From IMG/VR virus record IMGVR_UViG_3300042914_002678: DNA of 64,000 bases. The stretch is one strand, 5' to 3'. This DNA comes from a virus. Taxonomy: Duplodnaviria; Caudoviricetes. Numbering within the stretch: position 1 is the first letter of the stretch; every line of letters begins with the position of its first letter. This document shows, piece by piece, positions 21,275 through 35,300 of the stretch. A program made the position numbers and the translations under genes. The notes beneath the pieces are model-generated. The model did not search any database. It worked only from the letters and a program-made list of their open reading frames with translations, and was not told where the DNA came from.

Positions 21275-23335
21275 ATGCCATTAGTCAATTTTTCTAATCT
21301 GGATTTTGACCAGATTAAATCTACACTTAAAGATTATTTAAAGTCAAACTCCAATTTCACGGACTATGACTTTGAGGGGTCTAACCTCTCAACAATTCTT
21401 GATGTTTTGGCATACAACACCTATATTACTTCATATAATGCAAACATGGTTGCAAATGAAGTTTTTATTGATAGTGCAACTCTGAGAGAGAATGTTGTAA
21501 GTCTTGCAAGAAATATTGGATACGTACCAAGATCTAGAAAAGCAGCAAGAGCAACGATTAGTTTTTTTGTAGACACAACTAATCTGACTACTGCTCCACC
21601 AGCATCAATTACTCTCCACAAAGGTATTGTTGCAACAACATCTGGTGCTTTTGGTAATCAATCTCTTATATTCTCTATTCTTGAGGACATCACAGTTCCA
21701 GTCTTTAATAATATTGCATCGTTCGATGAAGTAGAAATTCACCAAGGATCTTTACTATCTTCAAACTTTACATATAGTGCAAGAAATGTAAATCAGAGAT
21801 TTGTTCTGCCAAACTCTGGGGTTGATACTGAGTTAATTTCAGTATCAGTTAAAACAAATGAGAATTCAACAAACTCTGTAAAATACTCTCTTCAAGATAG
21901 TCTATTCACAGTTAAGTCTGATTCCAATGTATATTATATCCAAGAGATAGAAGATGAGAGATATGAATTACTTTTTGGTGATGGTGTTTTTGGTAAGAAA
22001 TTAGAAGAAGGAAATTATATTACAGCAAATTATATTGTTTCTGATGGTGATAGTGGAAATGGCGTGAGTCAATTTTCTTTTGCTGGAAGACTAACATATA
22101 CAAGAAACTCAATAACATATCCTATTGAATCGGGAATTTCTTTAGTATCTACAGGTCTCATTTCATCTGGTGGAGAAAACATTGAATCTGTGGATTCAAT
22201 TAAAAAGTATGCTCCAAAGATATATGCATCTCAAAATAGAGCACTAACTGCAGATGATTATGAAAGTCTGATACCAACAAAAATTTACCCAGAAACTGAA
22301 TCAATTTCTGTTTTTGGTGGAGAAGAACTAATACCACCTCAGTATGGAAAAGTATTCATTAGTATCAAGCCAAGGTTTGGTGATTTCCTACCAAACTTAA
22401 TTAAAGAGAATATTAAATTAAAACTCAAAAAATATGCAGTTGCAGGTATAGTGCCTGAAATTTTAGATCTCAAGTATCTTTATCTTGAAGTGAATTCGAA
22501 GATCTATTACAATACTAATTCCGCACCATCTGCAGAAGCAGTTTCTTCAATGGTTCAAAGTAATGCAACTAAGTATGCAGAATCTTCAGAATTAAACAGA
22601 TATGGTGCTAGATTTAAGTATAGTAAATTTTTAAAAATTATTGATGACAGCCACGAATCAGTGACTTCGAATATAACAACTATTCAGATGAGACGTGATC
22701 TTAGAGTTGTTTTAAATTCTTTTGCAGAATATCAAATTGGATTTGGAAATGAATTCCATATTCGCAGTATAAATGGATACAATATTAAAACAACTGCATT
22801 TAGAATATCTGATGTTCAGCAAGATGTATATCTATCAGATGTTCCAAATAGTGATAGAGTGACGGGATCACTTTTCTTCTTCACATTGCCTTCTGAAAAT
22901 TCTACAACTCCAACAATTATAAAAAGAAATGTTGGTAATATTGACTATAAAAGGGGAATAGTGACGATTAATCCTGTCAATATCCAGGCAGGAAAAATAA
23001 AGGATGGTCAAACAATTATTGAGATATCTGCAGTACCTCATTCAAATGATGTAGTCGGATTACAGGATTTATATTTGCAACTAGATATAAGTAACAGCAA
23101 TTTTGAAATGGTGGTGGATAGTATTTCTTCAGGACTAGATCCTTCAGCATCCAATTATATAACTTCTTCTAGTTATGCAAATGGGTCTCTAGTTCGCTCT
23201 ACTGGAGAAATCGGTGCTGTATCAGCAAATGTAGTTGTATCAACTACAACTGGAAGTGCAACAAATCCAAGTACAACCACAGTTACCTCCACAACAGGAG
23301 TAACTAATACATTCACCACTGGGTCATCCTATTAA
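21275..23335 (+). CDS. gp6: Baseplate wedge subunit gp6
   Basis: LDFDQIK...DYDFEGS...LDVLAYNT; QNRALTADDY; S/T-rich C-terminal tail. Confidence 0.92.
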   Translation: MPLVNFSNLDFDQIKSTLKDYLKSNSNFTDYDFEGSNLSTILDVLAYNTYITSYNANMVANEVFIDSATLRENVVSLARNIGYVPRSRKAARATISFFVDTTNLTTAPPASITLHKGIVATTSGAFGNQSLIFSILEDITVPVFNNIASFDEVEIHQGSLLSSNFTYSARNVNQRFVLPNSGVDTELISVSVKTNENSTNSVKYSLQDSLFTVKSDSNVYYIQEIEDERYELLFGDGVFGKKLEEGNYITANYIVSDGDSGNGVSQFSFAGRLTYTRNSITYPIESGISLVSTGLISSGGENIESVDSIKKYAPKIYASQNRALTADDYESLIPTKIYPETESISVFGGEELIPPQYGKVFISIKPRFGDFLPNLIKENIKLKLKKYAVAGIVPEILDLKYLYLEVNSKIYYNTNSAPSAEAVSSMVQSNATKYAESSELNRYGARFKYSKFLKIIDDSHESVTSNITTIQMRRDLRVVLNSFAEYQIGFGNEFHIRSINGYNIKTTAFRISDVQQDVYLSDVPNSDRVTGSLFFFTLPSENSTTPTIIKRNVGNIDYKRGIVTINPVNIQAGKIKDGQTIIEISAVPHSNDVVGLQDLYLQLDISNSNFEMVVDSISSGLDPSASNYITSSSYANGSLVRSTGEIGAVSANVVVSTTTGSATNPSTTTVTSTTGVTNTFTTGSSY

Positions 23336-23353
23336 TAAAAGTAAGATAGTAAA

Positions 23354-26300
23354 ATGATAGAAAAAAGAATTCAGTTTCAGAACGTTGTTCAGAATCAACT
23401 TCCAGAATATGTAAAGGAAGAGTTTCCATTAATATCTGAATTTTTGAAGCAATATTATCTTGCTCAAGAGTTTCAGGGTGCTCCAGTAGATCTTATTCAG
23501 AATATTGATCAATACATTAAACTAGATGAAACGACAAATCTTACAGGAAGTGTAATATTAAAAACTAACTTAGATTATGCAGATGAAACTATTGAAGTTG
23601 ATTTAATCCAGTCACCATCCGGAACAAATGGGTTTCCAGATTCTTACGGTCTTATCAAAATTAATGATGAGATAATAACATACACTGGTAAAACTTCTAC
23701 ATCTTTTACTGGATGTATTAGAGGATTTTGTGGGATAACTTCTTATGTATCGGAGAGTAATCCAGAACAACTGACCTTTTCTTCATCCAATGCAGATTTA
23801 CACACAGGTAGTGTATATGGAACAAATAGTGAATTAATTACAGAGGGTGATAAAATTGAAAATTTAAGTAATCTTTTCTTAAATGAATTTCTTAAAAAGA
23901 CAAAGAATCAAATATTACCAGGATTTGGTAATAGAAATTTAGATAAAGATCTGGATCAGAATCTCTTTATTAAACAATCCAAAGATTTTTATTCTAGCAA
24001 GGGAACAGATCGTTCTTTTGAAATTCTATTCAAAGCATTATATAATGAAAATGTAGAGATTGTAAGACCGAGTAATTATCTCTTTACCCCGTCAAATGCA
24101 AATTATAGAATAACTAATGACCTAGTTGTAGAAAGCATTTCTGGCGATCCAACTCAGTTGGAAAATTCATTTTTATTCCAAGATGAATATGGTTCATCTT
24201 TCTCCAAAGCATATGCTCCTATTACTAATATTGAAAAAATAGATTCTGGCGTAGGAAAGACTTTTTATAAACTCAGTTATGATGCTGGATATAACAGAGA
24301 TATTATTGTAGATGGATCATTATATGGTGGATTTAAGGTACACCCCAAAACAAGAATAATCGGTAGAGTATCTGCAGGTGCAACAGTACTTGATGTAGAC
24401 TCTACTGTAGGATTTGGAACATCTGGAGAACTTACTGTAAAGTATAACGATAGAACCACAGGTACAATATCGTATACGTCAAAGTCTCTTACACAGTTCT
24501 ATGGATGCTCTGGAATAAGCAAATCAATTCTAGATGCGGAAGAAGTTGGAATTAATACTTATGCTTATGGAAGGTATTATACTTTCGAAAATGTTGGGTC
24601 ATCATCAACGGTAAGAACGGAAAATATTGTCACTCTGAGAATTAATTCAGTTCTTTCGAATTTTGAATACGAAGAAAAGTCTAATTATTATACACCAAAA
24701 GATACATCTATTATAAAAACTTTAGGTTCTTCTGCTAAAGATTTTATATCTAAAAATTGGTTCTATAATGTTTCTTCTATTCATGAAGTTACAAAAAATG
24801 GATTAGTACTATTGAATGTCGCAGACAACACTTATGGCATAACTTTAAAAACTGAACACTATTTTAGAGAAGGTGATATTATTTCTATCATTGAAGGTGA
24901 TGTTGAAAGAGAAACTGCAGTAATTAAAACAGTAACATCTAAAACTTCTTTCCAAGCATCTCTGGGAAGCAGATTTACTTTATCGGCTACTCAAGATTAT
25001 AAAGTAAAAAGAAGAATACTGAAAGCACAATCAAATACTTTTAAATTAACCAACTACTCATCTAACGTTCAAAACGTATATACAAGTCTTCCAAGCACAG
25101 GAGATAAAGCCACTAAGATTTTAGTATCTTCTCCATCTCTACCATATTACAATGGGCAACCAACAGATGTTTCTGATAGATCTGTTGTTTTCTCTGGAAC
25201 ATTTTCTGCAAACAGCAATGGAACACAATTCACCATAAGAAATCATAATTTCTACACTGGAGATGCGGTCTATTATATTCCAGAAAAAGTAGATACTCAA
25301 TACACCAATCTTTCGGGAATAAGTAGTGCAGGTCTTACTGTAAATTCGAGTATATTCAATGATGATAATTTTGTCATTACTGGAATAGTTAACGGAGAGG
25401 AAGTTTTTAATAGAGTTCCTGAGAATGAAAGACTGTATTTTATTAAAAAAATTGATAGAGATACAATTAAGCTTGCTAGAAGCAGAGATGACATTTTTAA
25501 TTCAAAATTCATTGATATAAAAAATAATAAGACAGTAACTAATAATAAATTTGTACCTTACAATTTCAAATTAAAAACTTTAGAACCACAAAAAATACTC
25601 AGAGAAGTCTCAGAACCAATTGTTGATGGCAAATTTTACGAAACAGAACCAGGTTTTAATGGAATCCTAATAAATGGTGTAGAAATTTTAAATTATAAAT
25701 CAACTGATCTTGTAAAATATGGAAAAATTGAAGAGGTTGAAGTAGTTTCTCCTGGAACTGATTATGATATTATTAATCCCCCAGTAATTGATATCAATGA
25801 CCGTGTTGGTACTGGTGCAACTGGATATGTTGCAGTTTCTGGATCCCTTGATGAAATAAGAATTATTAATCCTGGATTTGATTTTAAAGAAATTCCTGAT
25901 GTAAACATAACTGGTGGCAATGGAACTGGTGCTCTAGTTTCAGTTAATATGAAACTCATTGAGCATTCATTGGATTTCTTCTCGGATGCTGGATCTGCAA
26001 GAATTTCAATAGGAGCATCTAATTCTACAATTGGATTTACAACATATCATAGATTTAGAAATGCTGAAAGAGTAATATACTTAACAGATGGACAATCTGC
26101 AGTTGGTGGAATCGCCACAGGTGCTTCTTATTATGTTTCTGTTGTCAATCAATCAACAGTAAAACTACATCAAACACAATCTGATGCTATATCTGGTATA
26201 AACACAGTAACACTAACATCATTTGGTGTTGGAAAACATCACTTAAAATCCTTTAACAATAAATCAATACTTGAATCAATTAATGTAATTGATGGTGGTT

Positions 26301-29300
26301 CTGGATATGCAAACAAGCAAAGATCTGTAAGTTCATCTTCGGGAATAAGCACATCTCTTGGACAAATAACCATAAGAAATCACGGTTACAACTCTGGAGA
26401 AATTTTAAGATATGTTGGAGTATTAACCAGTACAGATTCTCCTATTGGTGGAATATCAACAAATACTGATTACTACGTAACAAAGGTTGATAGTGATACA
26501 TTTAAGCTATCTTCTGTTGGTTTAGCAACCGATAATATTGACTTTAACTATCGCACAAAACAATATGTAAAACTAACTTCGGTTGGTAGCGGAATTCATT
26601 TATTCAATTATCCACCAATATCTGTAACAATTTCTGGAGGAGAACAGGTTCCAGCAGTCATCCAACCTATTTTTAGAGGAAGTATTGATTCTATACATCT
26701 AACAAATAATGGAGTTGGTTATGGTTCTTCAGAGATTATTAACCTCGATAGACAACCAGTAATAACTCTAAAGAGTGGAAAAAATGCTCAGTTATATCCA
26801 ATAGTTAATAATGGAAAAATAACAGAAGTATTAGTATCAAATTCTGGAGTACAATATAATTCTCCACCAGACTTAATTATTGAAGGTGATGGAATTGGAG
26901 CTGTAGTAACCCCTGTGATGAATGGTTCTACACTAGAGTCCGTCAAAGTTATCGAAAGTGGTGCTGGATATACTCAGTCTAGAACTACTATTAGAGTATC
27001 TTTTTCAGGTAACGGAGCATCGTTTAAAGCAAAAATTCAAACTTGGAGAGTAAATCTATTCCAAAAGTACTTTAACACTTTTACAAATGATGATGGAATT
27101 ATACATGAAGGTATTAGTGGAAATTACGGATTACAATATTCGCATTTGTATGTCCCAAGAAAACTGAGAGAAACCGTTTATTCAGTAGATCAGGATGGAC
27201 AAATTCTCTATGGACAAAAAGATTTACCATTCATCAATAATAAAGAGTCTTCCCCAATAAACCATTCTCCAATAATTGGTTGGGCATATGATGGTCACCC
27301 AATATACGGACCATATGGATATGTAACAAAATCGGGCGGTATCGTATCTCAAATGAAGTCCGGTTACGTTGAAGAATCTTCTAAAAAAGAAAATAGACCA
27401 CCAATTGGAGATGGAGAGGGGCAATTCCCTGCAGGTTTCTTCGTTGAGGATTTTACATATAAAAAGTCGATAGATGAAACTGTTCTAGACGAAAATAATG
27501 GAAGATTCTGTGTAACTCCAGAATTTCCAAAAGGCACTTATGCATATTTTGCAACTGTTAATTCCTTATCTGTAGATGCTTCCCCACCTTTCCTAAACTA
27601 TAAGAGACCAACTTTTCCATATTTAATCGGTAATAGTTTTAGAGGAGTTCCTAATAAGTTCAATTACAGATATGATTCCAACCAAGACAATTATGATCTA
27701 AACTCAAATAAGTGGTTTAGAAATACCGATCCATATAATTTACTCGGTATAAACTATGATTATGATTATATTTCTCTACCAAATAAGTTAACCCAAACTG
27801 TAGACGTAACTGCAGTATCTCCGGGATTTGTAGATACTGTGGGAATAGTTACTGGTGGAAATAATTATAAGATTAATGACAATGTAGTTTTTAATAATAC
27901 TGGAACTGAAGGTGATGGTGCTATTGCAAGAGTAAGTAGAATACTCGGAAAACCCGTTACTAGTGTTAGTGTAGCAACTACAACTATTTTTAATGTAAGT
28001 ATAGTTCCTTCAGACAATAAGGGAAATTATACAGTCATTTGCGATAATCCACATAACTTTGAAAAGTTTGATACTGTAAATGTTCTTGGATTGTCAACAA
28101 CTTCTTCCAAGATAGAAGGCACATATAGAATTGGTATCGGTTCTACAGCACTATTCTCTGTCATAGGACTTGGTACAACATCTCCTGGCATTGCAACAGT
28201 TGGTGCAACTGGAGTGGTTACTTATTTTAGCGTATCTGGAAGATTTGATAATGTTAGAGAGAATGATATACTTGGAATTGGAACAGAAAAAATAAAGGTA
28301 CTTAATGTTGAACCTAGATTCTCTAGAATAAGGGTTTTAAGGGCAGTTGATGGTACTGTTGGATCTTCACATTCAGAAACAACAGTAATTTATGATGACC
28401 CAAGAAGGTTTACAATTAATGCAGGGTTCAGTACAACATACAACTATAAAGAAAATAGACAAATATATTTTAATCCAATAGAATCTGTTGGATTGGGAAC
28501 TCTTGCTGGAGTTGGTATTGGAACTACAATCTCTCTGGCAAATCCAGGAACAGGTATAACTCAGATTTTCATTCCAACAAAATCAATTTATATCAAAAAC
28601 CATAATCTCAATACAGGAGATCAAGTAACTTATTCTGCAAACAATGGTAGTGGTCTCATTGTATTGGAATCTGGTGGAGTTGGTATTGGAACAACTCTAG
28701 CAGATCAGCAAACTTTATTTGTTGCAAAACTCAGTGAAGATTTGATTGGTCTGGCAACAGTTAGAGTTGGATTAGGAACGACTGGAACATTTGTTGGAAT
28801 TGCAAGCACACTAAGATCATCCACAACACTGTTCTTTACTGGTGTTGGTACTGGGGTATATCATAGCCTTAAGACAAATTATTCAGTTATAACTGGAGAG
28901 GTTAATAGAAACATTGTTACAGTTTCTACCGCTCAAACACACGGATTAACAACCGGTCATGATGTTTTTGTGGATATAAATCCTTCGATAGCATCTACAT
29001 TTACTGTCAAATATAATGACTTTAATAGAAGAGTGATAATAAATCCACAATCATTCGATGCGACTGGAATTAATACATTAACAAATTCAATAACAATTAA
29101 CAATCACGGATTTAAAACAGGACAAAAAGTTCTACACACATCATCTGCACCAGCTGGTGGTCTAGTAAATCAGAACGAATATTTTGTTGTAAAGGTTGAT
29201 AACAACAATTTTAAACTGTCCACAAGTTATTATAATTCAACTCAACTAAAACCATCAATCGTTGGCATTTCTAGCACATCTTTTGGTGTTATCTCTCCAG

Positions 29301-32300
29301 TCAATCCACCAATAGAAGTTTATAGAGATTCTACTGTAACTTTTGACTTAACAGATTCTTCACTATCATATCCAAATCAAGGAACAATTTATCCAGCTTT
29401 TGAACTGAATTTTTATCTAGATGAAAACTTTACTAGAAGATATGATAAGAATTTTGATAGTTCCACATTTGAAGTTCAAAAAACTGGCACTGTTGGTGTA
29501 GATACTTTTGCGAAAGTAACGTTATCCGTTAATAGCGATACTCCTTCAGTTTTATATTATAGATTAGAACCACTGTCAGATGCACCATCAGTCAAACAGC
29601 AAGTATGCATTGATGATGAAGTATTGTTCAACAATAGAATTATACCTAAGGTTAGTGTTTATAATGGAAAACATAACATTACCATTGCTTCCACAAATTC
29701 ATTCACATACACATTAAAAGACTATCCTGAGCAGGGTTCTTATATTTCAACAACCTCTTCTGCGGTTCTTAGATATGAAACTGATTGTGTACACGCATAT
29801 GGTCCTATTACTGAAATTGAAATAAAGAATGGTGGAAGAAACTATTATTCTCTTCCAGGAATTTCATCAGTTAATAGTGGAATTGGATCTGGAGCTATTC
29901 TAGAAGTTTCTAGTAAGTCTATCGGCAAAATTAAGAACCTAAAGATTAAAAATATCGGTTTTGATTTTCCATCAGATAACACTTTAAGACCAAGCACGGC
30001 TCTTCCACAGATTGTAAAAATTGATCCTCTTTCTTCATTTGAATCGGTTGGTGTAACTTCATTTGGAAAGGGATATACTTCACCACCAAAACTATTAGTA
30101 TTTGATGGAAAAACTAAAGAACTAATGTCCGATGTTGATTTGAAGTATACTCTTGGTAATAATCAACTAACAATATTAAAGAATACATACGGAATCAACA
30201 AAGTAAAACCAACAATTCTACCTATCCAAAATTCCAATGGGGTGGGGATTGGTAGCATCCGTTATAATTCTGCGACAAAGGATGTTGCGGTAACTCTTGC
30301 CGTTGGATTTAGCACCGCAGATTCATTCCCATTTGCTGTTGGTGATAGGGTATTAATTGAAAATGTTAGTGTTGGCGTCGGATCAACCGGTAAAGGTTTC
30401 AACTCAGAAAATTATAATTACAATTTATTCGTTCTTACTTCTGTAGATGAAAATAGAGGAGGAATAGGATCGGTAACATACAGCTTATCTGGATTCGTTA
30501 ATGATGGTGAAATAGTTGGATTATTCAACGATGCAAAATCATCTGGACGTATTATTCCGGAAAAACATTTCCCAATATTTAATCCAGTATTAAAAACTAA
30601 TAATTACTCTGTTGGAGAAACTGTAAGGTCACTATCATCATCTTTCACCGGAAAGGTTGAAAGTTGGGATCCAAAAAATACAATCTTAAAAGTTTCATCA
30701 AAAGAAACATTTAAGAGAGGAGAAATACTGGAAGGTTTATCATCAAAAACTCAAGGTATAGGTTCTTCAGTATCAAACTTCGATTCGCACTTAGATTATT
30801 CTGCAGAATCTAAAGTTTTTGGTGGATGGCAAAATAATTCTGGATTCCTAAATGATAACTTACAGAGAGTTCAAGATAGTTTCTACTATCAGAATTTCTC
30901 ATATTCACTAAAATCAAGAGTAGATTATGACACTTGGAATGAAGTTGTTGGTTCTCTAAACCACACTCTAGGATTTAAAAAATTCTCCGACTATCAATTA
31001 GAATCGTTACCACGGAATTCTGGTTCTGTTGGTTTATCTACAGACATTGGATATTTTGAAGTTATTAGTGATTTAGTTGGATTCGGAAATTTGAACTGCG
31101 TATATGACTTTGATAACGTCAGAGAAAATTCAATCAACATTAATGGCAAAACTGTGTCTGATGAAATTATATTTGCGAATAGAATATTGACAGATTATGA
31201 AGAATCTGTAGGAAACCGTGTTCTATCGATTGATGATTTGTCCTCCCAGTTTAACAGTAATCCAAGATCAACAGCATTTAGTGTTGTCAATACGTTTAAT
31301 CTTTCTGATATAAGAGCTCAAAAATATATTACTTTTGTCACTGACAAGAGATTTACGGCTCAAAGACAATTATTGCTGGTAGATTTAATTCACGATGGTT
31401 CATTTGCATATATCAACCAATATGGAAGAATAGAAACTCAGTATGATCAAGGTTCATTTGATTTTTCAATATCAGGAACTGAAGGGCAATTACTGTTCTA
31501 TCCTGTAAAATCTTCTGTCAATGATTACAATATTACCTGCCTCTCTTATAATCTTGATGATAATTTATTGAGTACTGGATCAACTAGTATTGGCAACATT
31601 GCTATTGTAGATACTGATAGTATTGCTCTTAGGGCTGGAGTTTCTACAACTATTGTTTCTATAGCAAATACTTATAGTTCACTTAAAGTTCTTGTTCAGA
31701 TCACTCCTGATATTAACTATAATGAATTTGAATTTGAAGAGCTTAATATTGTTCATGATGGAACAAACATTGAATTGCTAGAGTATGGTCAACTGACAAC
31801 TGTTCAAACTCCATTTGCTGCACCTGGACTTGGAACATATTATCCATATTACAGTGGTTCCAACGTAAATGTAGACTTCATACCATCTGCTGGAGTTGGT
31901 GTTGGAACGACTGGTGTAATAAACACCATCCTTGTTGGTATTGCAAACTCAGATTACAGTGGAATTGGAACTGTTAATATGAGACATGCAAGACTTGAAG
32001 CAAGAACTACAACAATTCCATCTTCTGGATCCCCTGGAATACACACAATTGGTCAATATGAAGATTCTTATGATGCTGCTTACTTTATAGTTCAAGTAGC
32101 AGACACAACAAATAATAACTATCAGATGTCTGAAGTGATTGTAGTTGATGATTATATTGCTTCGCTAGGAACTGGTGAAACATATGATACAGAGTTTGGC
32201 GTCATTGAAACTTCTTCTGGATTAGGAACTATAGGTACAAGAGTTTCTGCTGCGGGAACTGTTGAACTCATATTTACGCCAAACCCAAGCATTGATACTC

Positions 32301-35300
32301 AAGTCAAAGTGTATATGAACGCACTTAGACACGAAGATCAAAGTAGAGATGGAATTGATTTCAACAATGGAACGATTGAAACATTCTTCAGCGATTATAC
32401 TGGAACAGATAGAGACATCAAGAGATCTTTTGAATTAAAGCATAAGAATTTCCAAATATTTGAAAGATATTTTGTAGGTAGTGCATCAAGTGTCGTAAAT
32501 GTCTCTGAAAACACTATCGTAATACCAAATCACTTCTTCGTAAGTGGTGAAAATGTTGTTTATTATTGTGCTGGAGCAGGAACAACTCAGGCAATTGGAA
32601 TTGGAACAACAACACTATCTGGAGTTGGTTCTACTGACAGACTAACACCAGGAATTACAACTAGTTTGTATGTTGTTAAAGTAGACAATAACAAAATTAA
32701 ACTTGCTACAAGTGCCGAAAAAGCACTCAAAATTGTTCCTGAGACTTTAGATATTACTAGCGTTGGAATTGGAACGTCTCATAGATTTGTATCCACTAAC
32801 CAAAATCCAAAAGTAATAATCTCTCTAGACAATATTATTCAATCTCCAGTAACAAATACTGATATTACTACAACATTGGCACAGTCTGTTTCTCCAATAG
32901 ATGATGTTATCAAATTTAGTGGAATTACATCATTCTTTGGGTCTGATTTAATCAAGATTAATAACGAAATCTTAAAGATTGAATCGATTGGTATTGGTAG
33001 CACAAATACAATCAGAGTTCGTAGAAACTGGTTAGGAACACCTTTAGTTGGACACTCAACTGGAGATACTGTAACCAAGGTTGTTGGAAACTATAACATT
33101 GTAGATAATACCTTGACATTTAGTGAGGCTCCTTATGGAAATACTCCATTAGCAGCAAGTACAAATCCTCCAGATGAGAGGGACTGGATTGGTATATCAA
33201 CATCTTCATATTTTGCGGGTAGAACTTTCCTCCGTTCTGGAGTAAAAAATACTGTCGATGAAACTTACACACAAAACTATATTTTTGATGATATATCATC
33301 AGGTTTTGATGGAACAAATAGAACATTTACTCTCACGTCAAATGGTTCAAATGTAACAGGAATAACAACTAATACGGTAATTCTTATTAACGATGTTTTC
33401 CAGGGAAGAGGTGCTATTTTTGATTACTCCATAATAGAAAATGCTGGCATTTCATCAATAACTTTCGTCGGTTCAGCAGTTTCTGTTACATCGGATATAA
33501 ACACCTCAAATGTACCTATTGGTGGAATAATTGTTTCTGTAGGATCAACAGAAGGATTTGGATATCAACCTCTTGTTTCTGCAGGGGGAACTGCTGTAGT
33601 ATCCGCTTCAGGAACAATTCAATCAATTAGTATTGGAAATAGCGGATCTGGTTACAGAGCAGATACCTCTTATGAGATACTTACTGACGTTTCTTCACCA
33701 ATTGGATCGGGATCTACACAAATTTACATAAACAATAAGAATAGTGTATTTGCATTACTAAATCTTCTAAACAGTGGCAGTAACTGTACGATAGGGATTG
33801 GAACTTTTAATATTCCTACTACTATCGTTTCGGTTGCCTCCACATACGTCAATATTGGCATAGGAAGTACTGGTTCTTATGCAATACCTTCTGGAACCCA
33901 AGTTAGTGTTAAAATTTTAAATCCACAAATTGGGGTAGTTAATGTCAGTGTTGGTGAAAGTTCTGTTGGGGTTGGAACAATCACCCATATTGGATTTGCA
34001 ACGGTGATTGCTGGTAGTATTTCAACCTCCGTAACAATAACAAACCCAGGATCTGGTTATACATCAACAAATCAACCATTTGTATTAGTGGATGATCCAG
34101 ATTCATATTCAAACATGCCATTAATTTACAGTTCAACTTCATCTGGAGTTGGTACTGGTGCAAAAATTGACATTGTTGTTGGACAAGGTTCAAGTGTAAT
34201 TGATTTTGAAATCACCAATACTGGATATGCATTCGAAAATGGAGATGTTTTAACAGTTCCTTTTGGAGGATTGACTGGAATTCCAACAACTTCTGGATTT
34301 AATGAGTTCCAAGTAACTGTTCAAAGAGTCTTTACTGACGAATTTACTGGATGGACTTTAGGAGAACTAGAAATATTTGATAATTTTGACGAATTATTCG
34401 ATGGTGAAACAACTGCATTCCAGTTGACAAAAGATGGAATAGTCAAGTCTATTGTTGCAGGTAAAGGTTCTAATATTGATGTTCAGGATGTAATCCTCGT
34501 TTTCATCAATGATATTCTTCAGGTTCCAGGAAAAGGATATGTATTTACTGGTGGAAGTATCATTACATTTACAGAAGCACCAAAAGTTGGTGATACTTCA
34601 AAAATTCTATTCTATAAGGGAACGGGAAGTATTGATGTAACTTCAAGAGAAGTTATTGAAACGGTAAAACCAGGTGATGAATTAACTATAGGGTATGATC
34701 CTTCGATAGGACAGCAACCATATCTTCAAGAAGACCCAAGAACGGTAACTTCAGTAACATCAACTGATTCTGTTGATACAATACCATATTTTGGTCCAGG
34801 AAATACTGAAGATGAGACATTGCTAAGACCTGTCATTTGGTGCAGACAAACTGAAGATAAGATTATCAACGGAAAAGAAGTTGGTAAAGATAGAGAACTC
34901 TATGAACCAAATATCAATCCAGTTGCATACATCACAAAATCTGTTGGTATTGGGTCTACGACAATTTATGTTGATAATGTAAGACCATTCTTTAATGCAC
35001 AAAATGAAAGTGCAGTTTCAATTACATTCCAAAATAATGTAAGATTGATATCTCAAGATTCTAGAGTTGGTGCATCAGCGACTGCAATTGTATCTTCTGC
35101 AGGAACAATAACTTCTATTGTAATTAATGATGGTGGAAGTGGATACACTTCGAATCCTACCGTAAGCATTGGAAATACTCTTCAGTCTATTGGAATTGGA
35201 ACAACCGCAATTGCAACATCTTCAATAACCGCAGGTATTGTAACTACTATTATATTAACTAATGCAGGAACTGGATATACACAAACTAATCCACCACAAG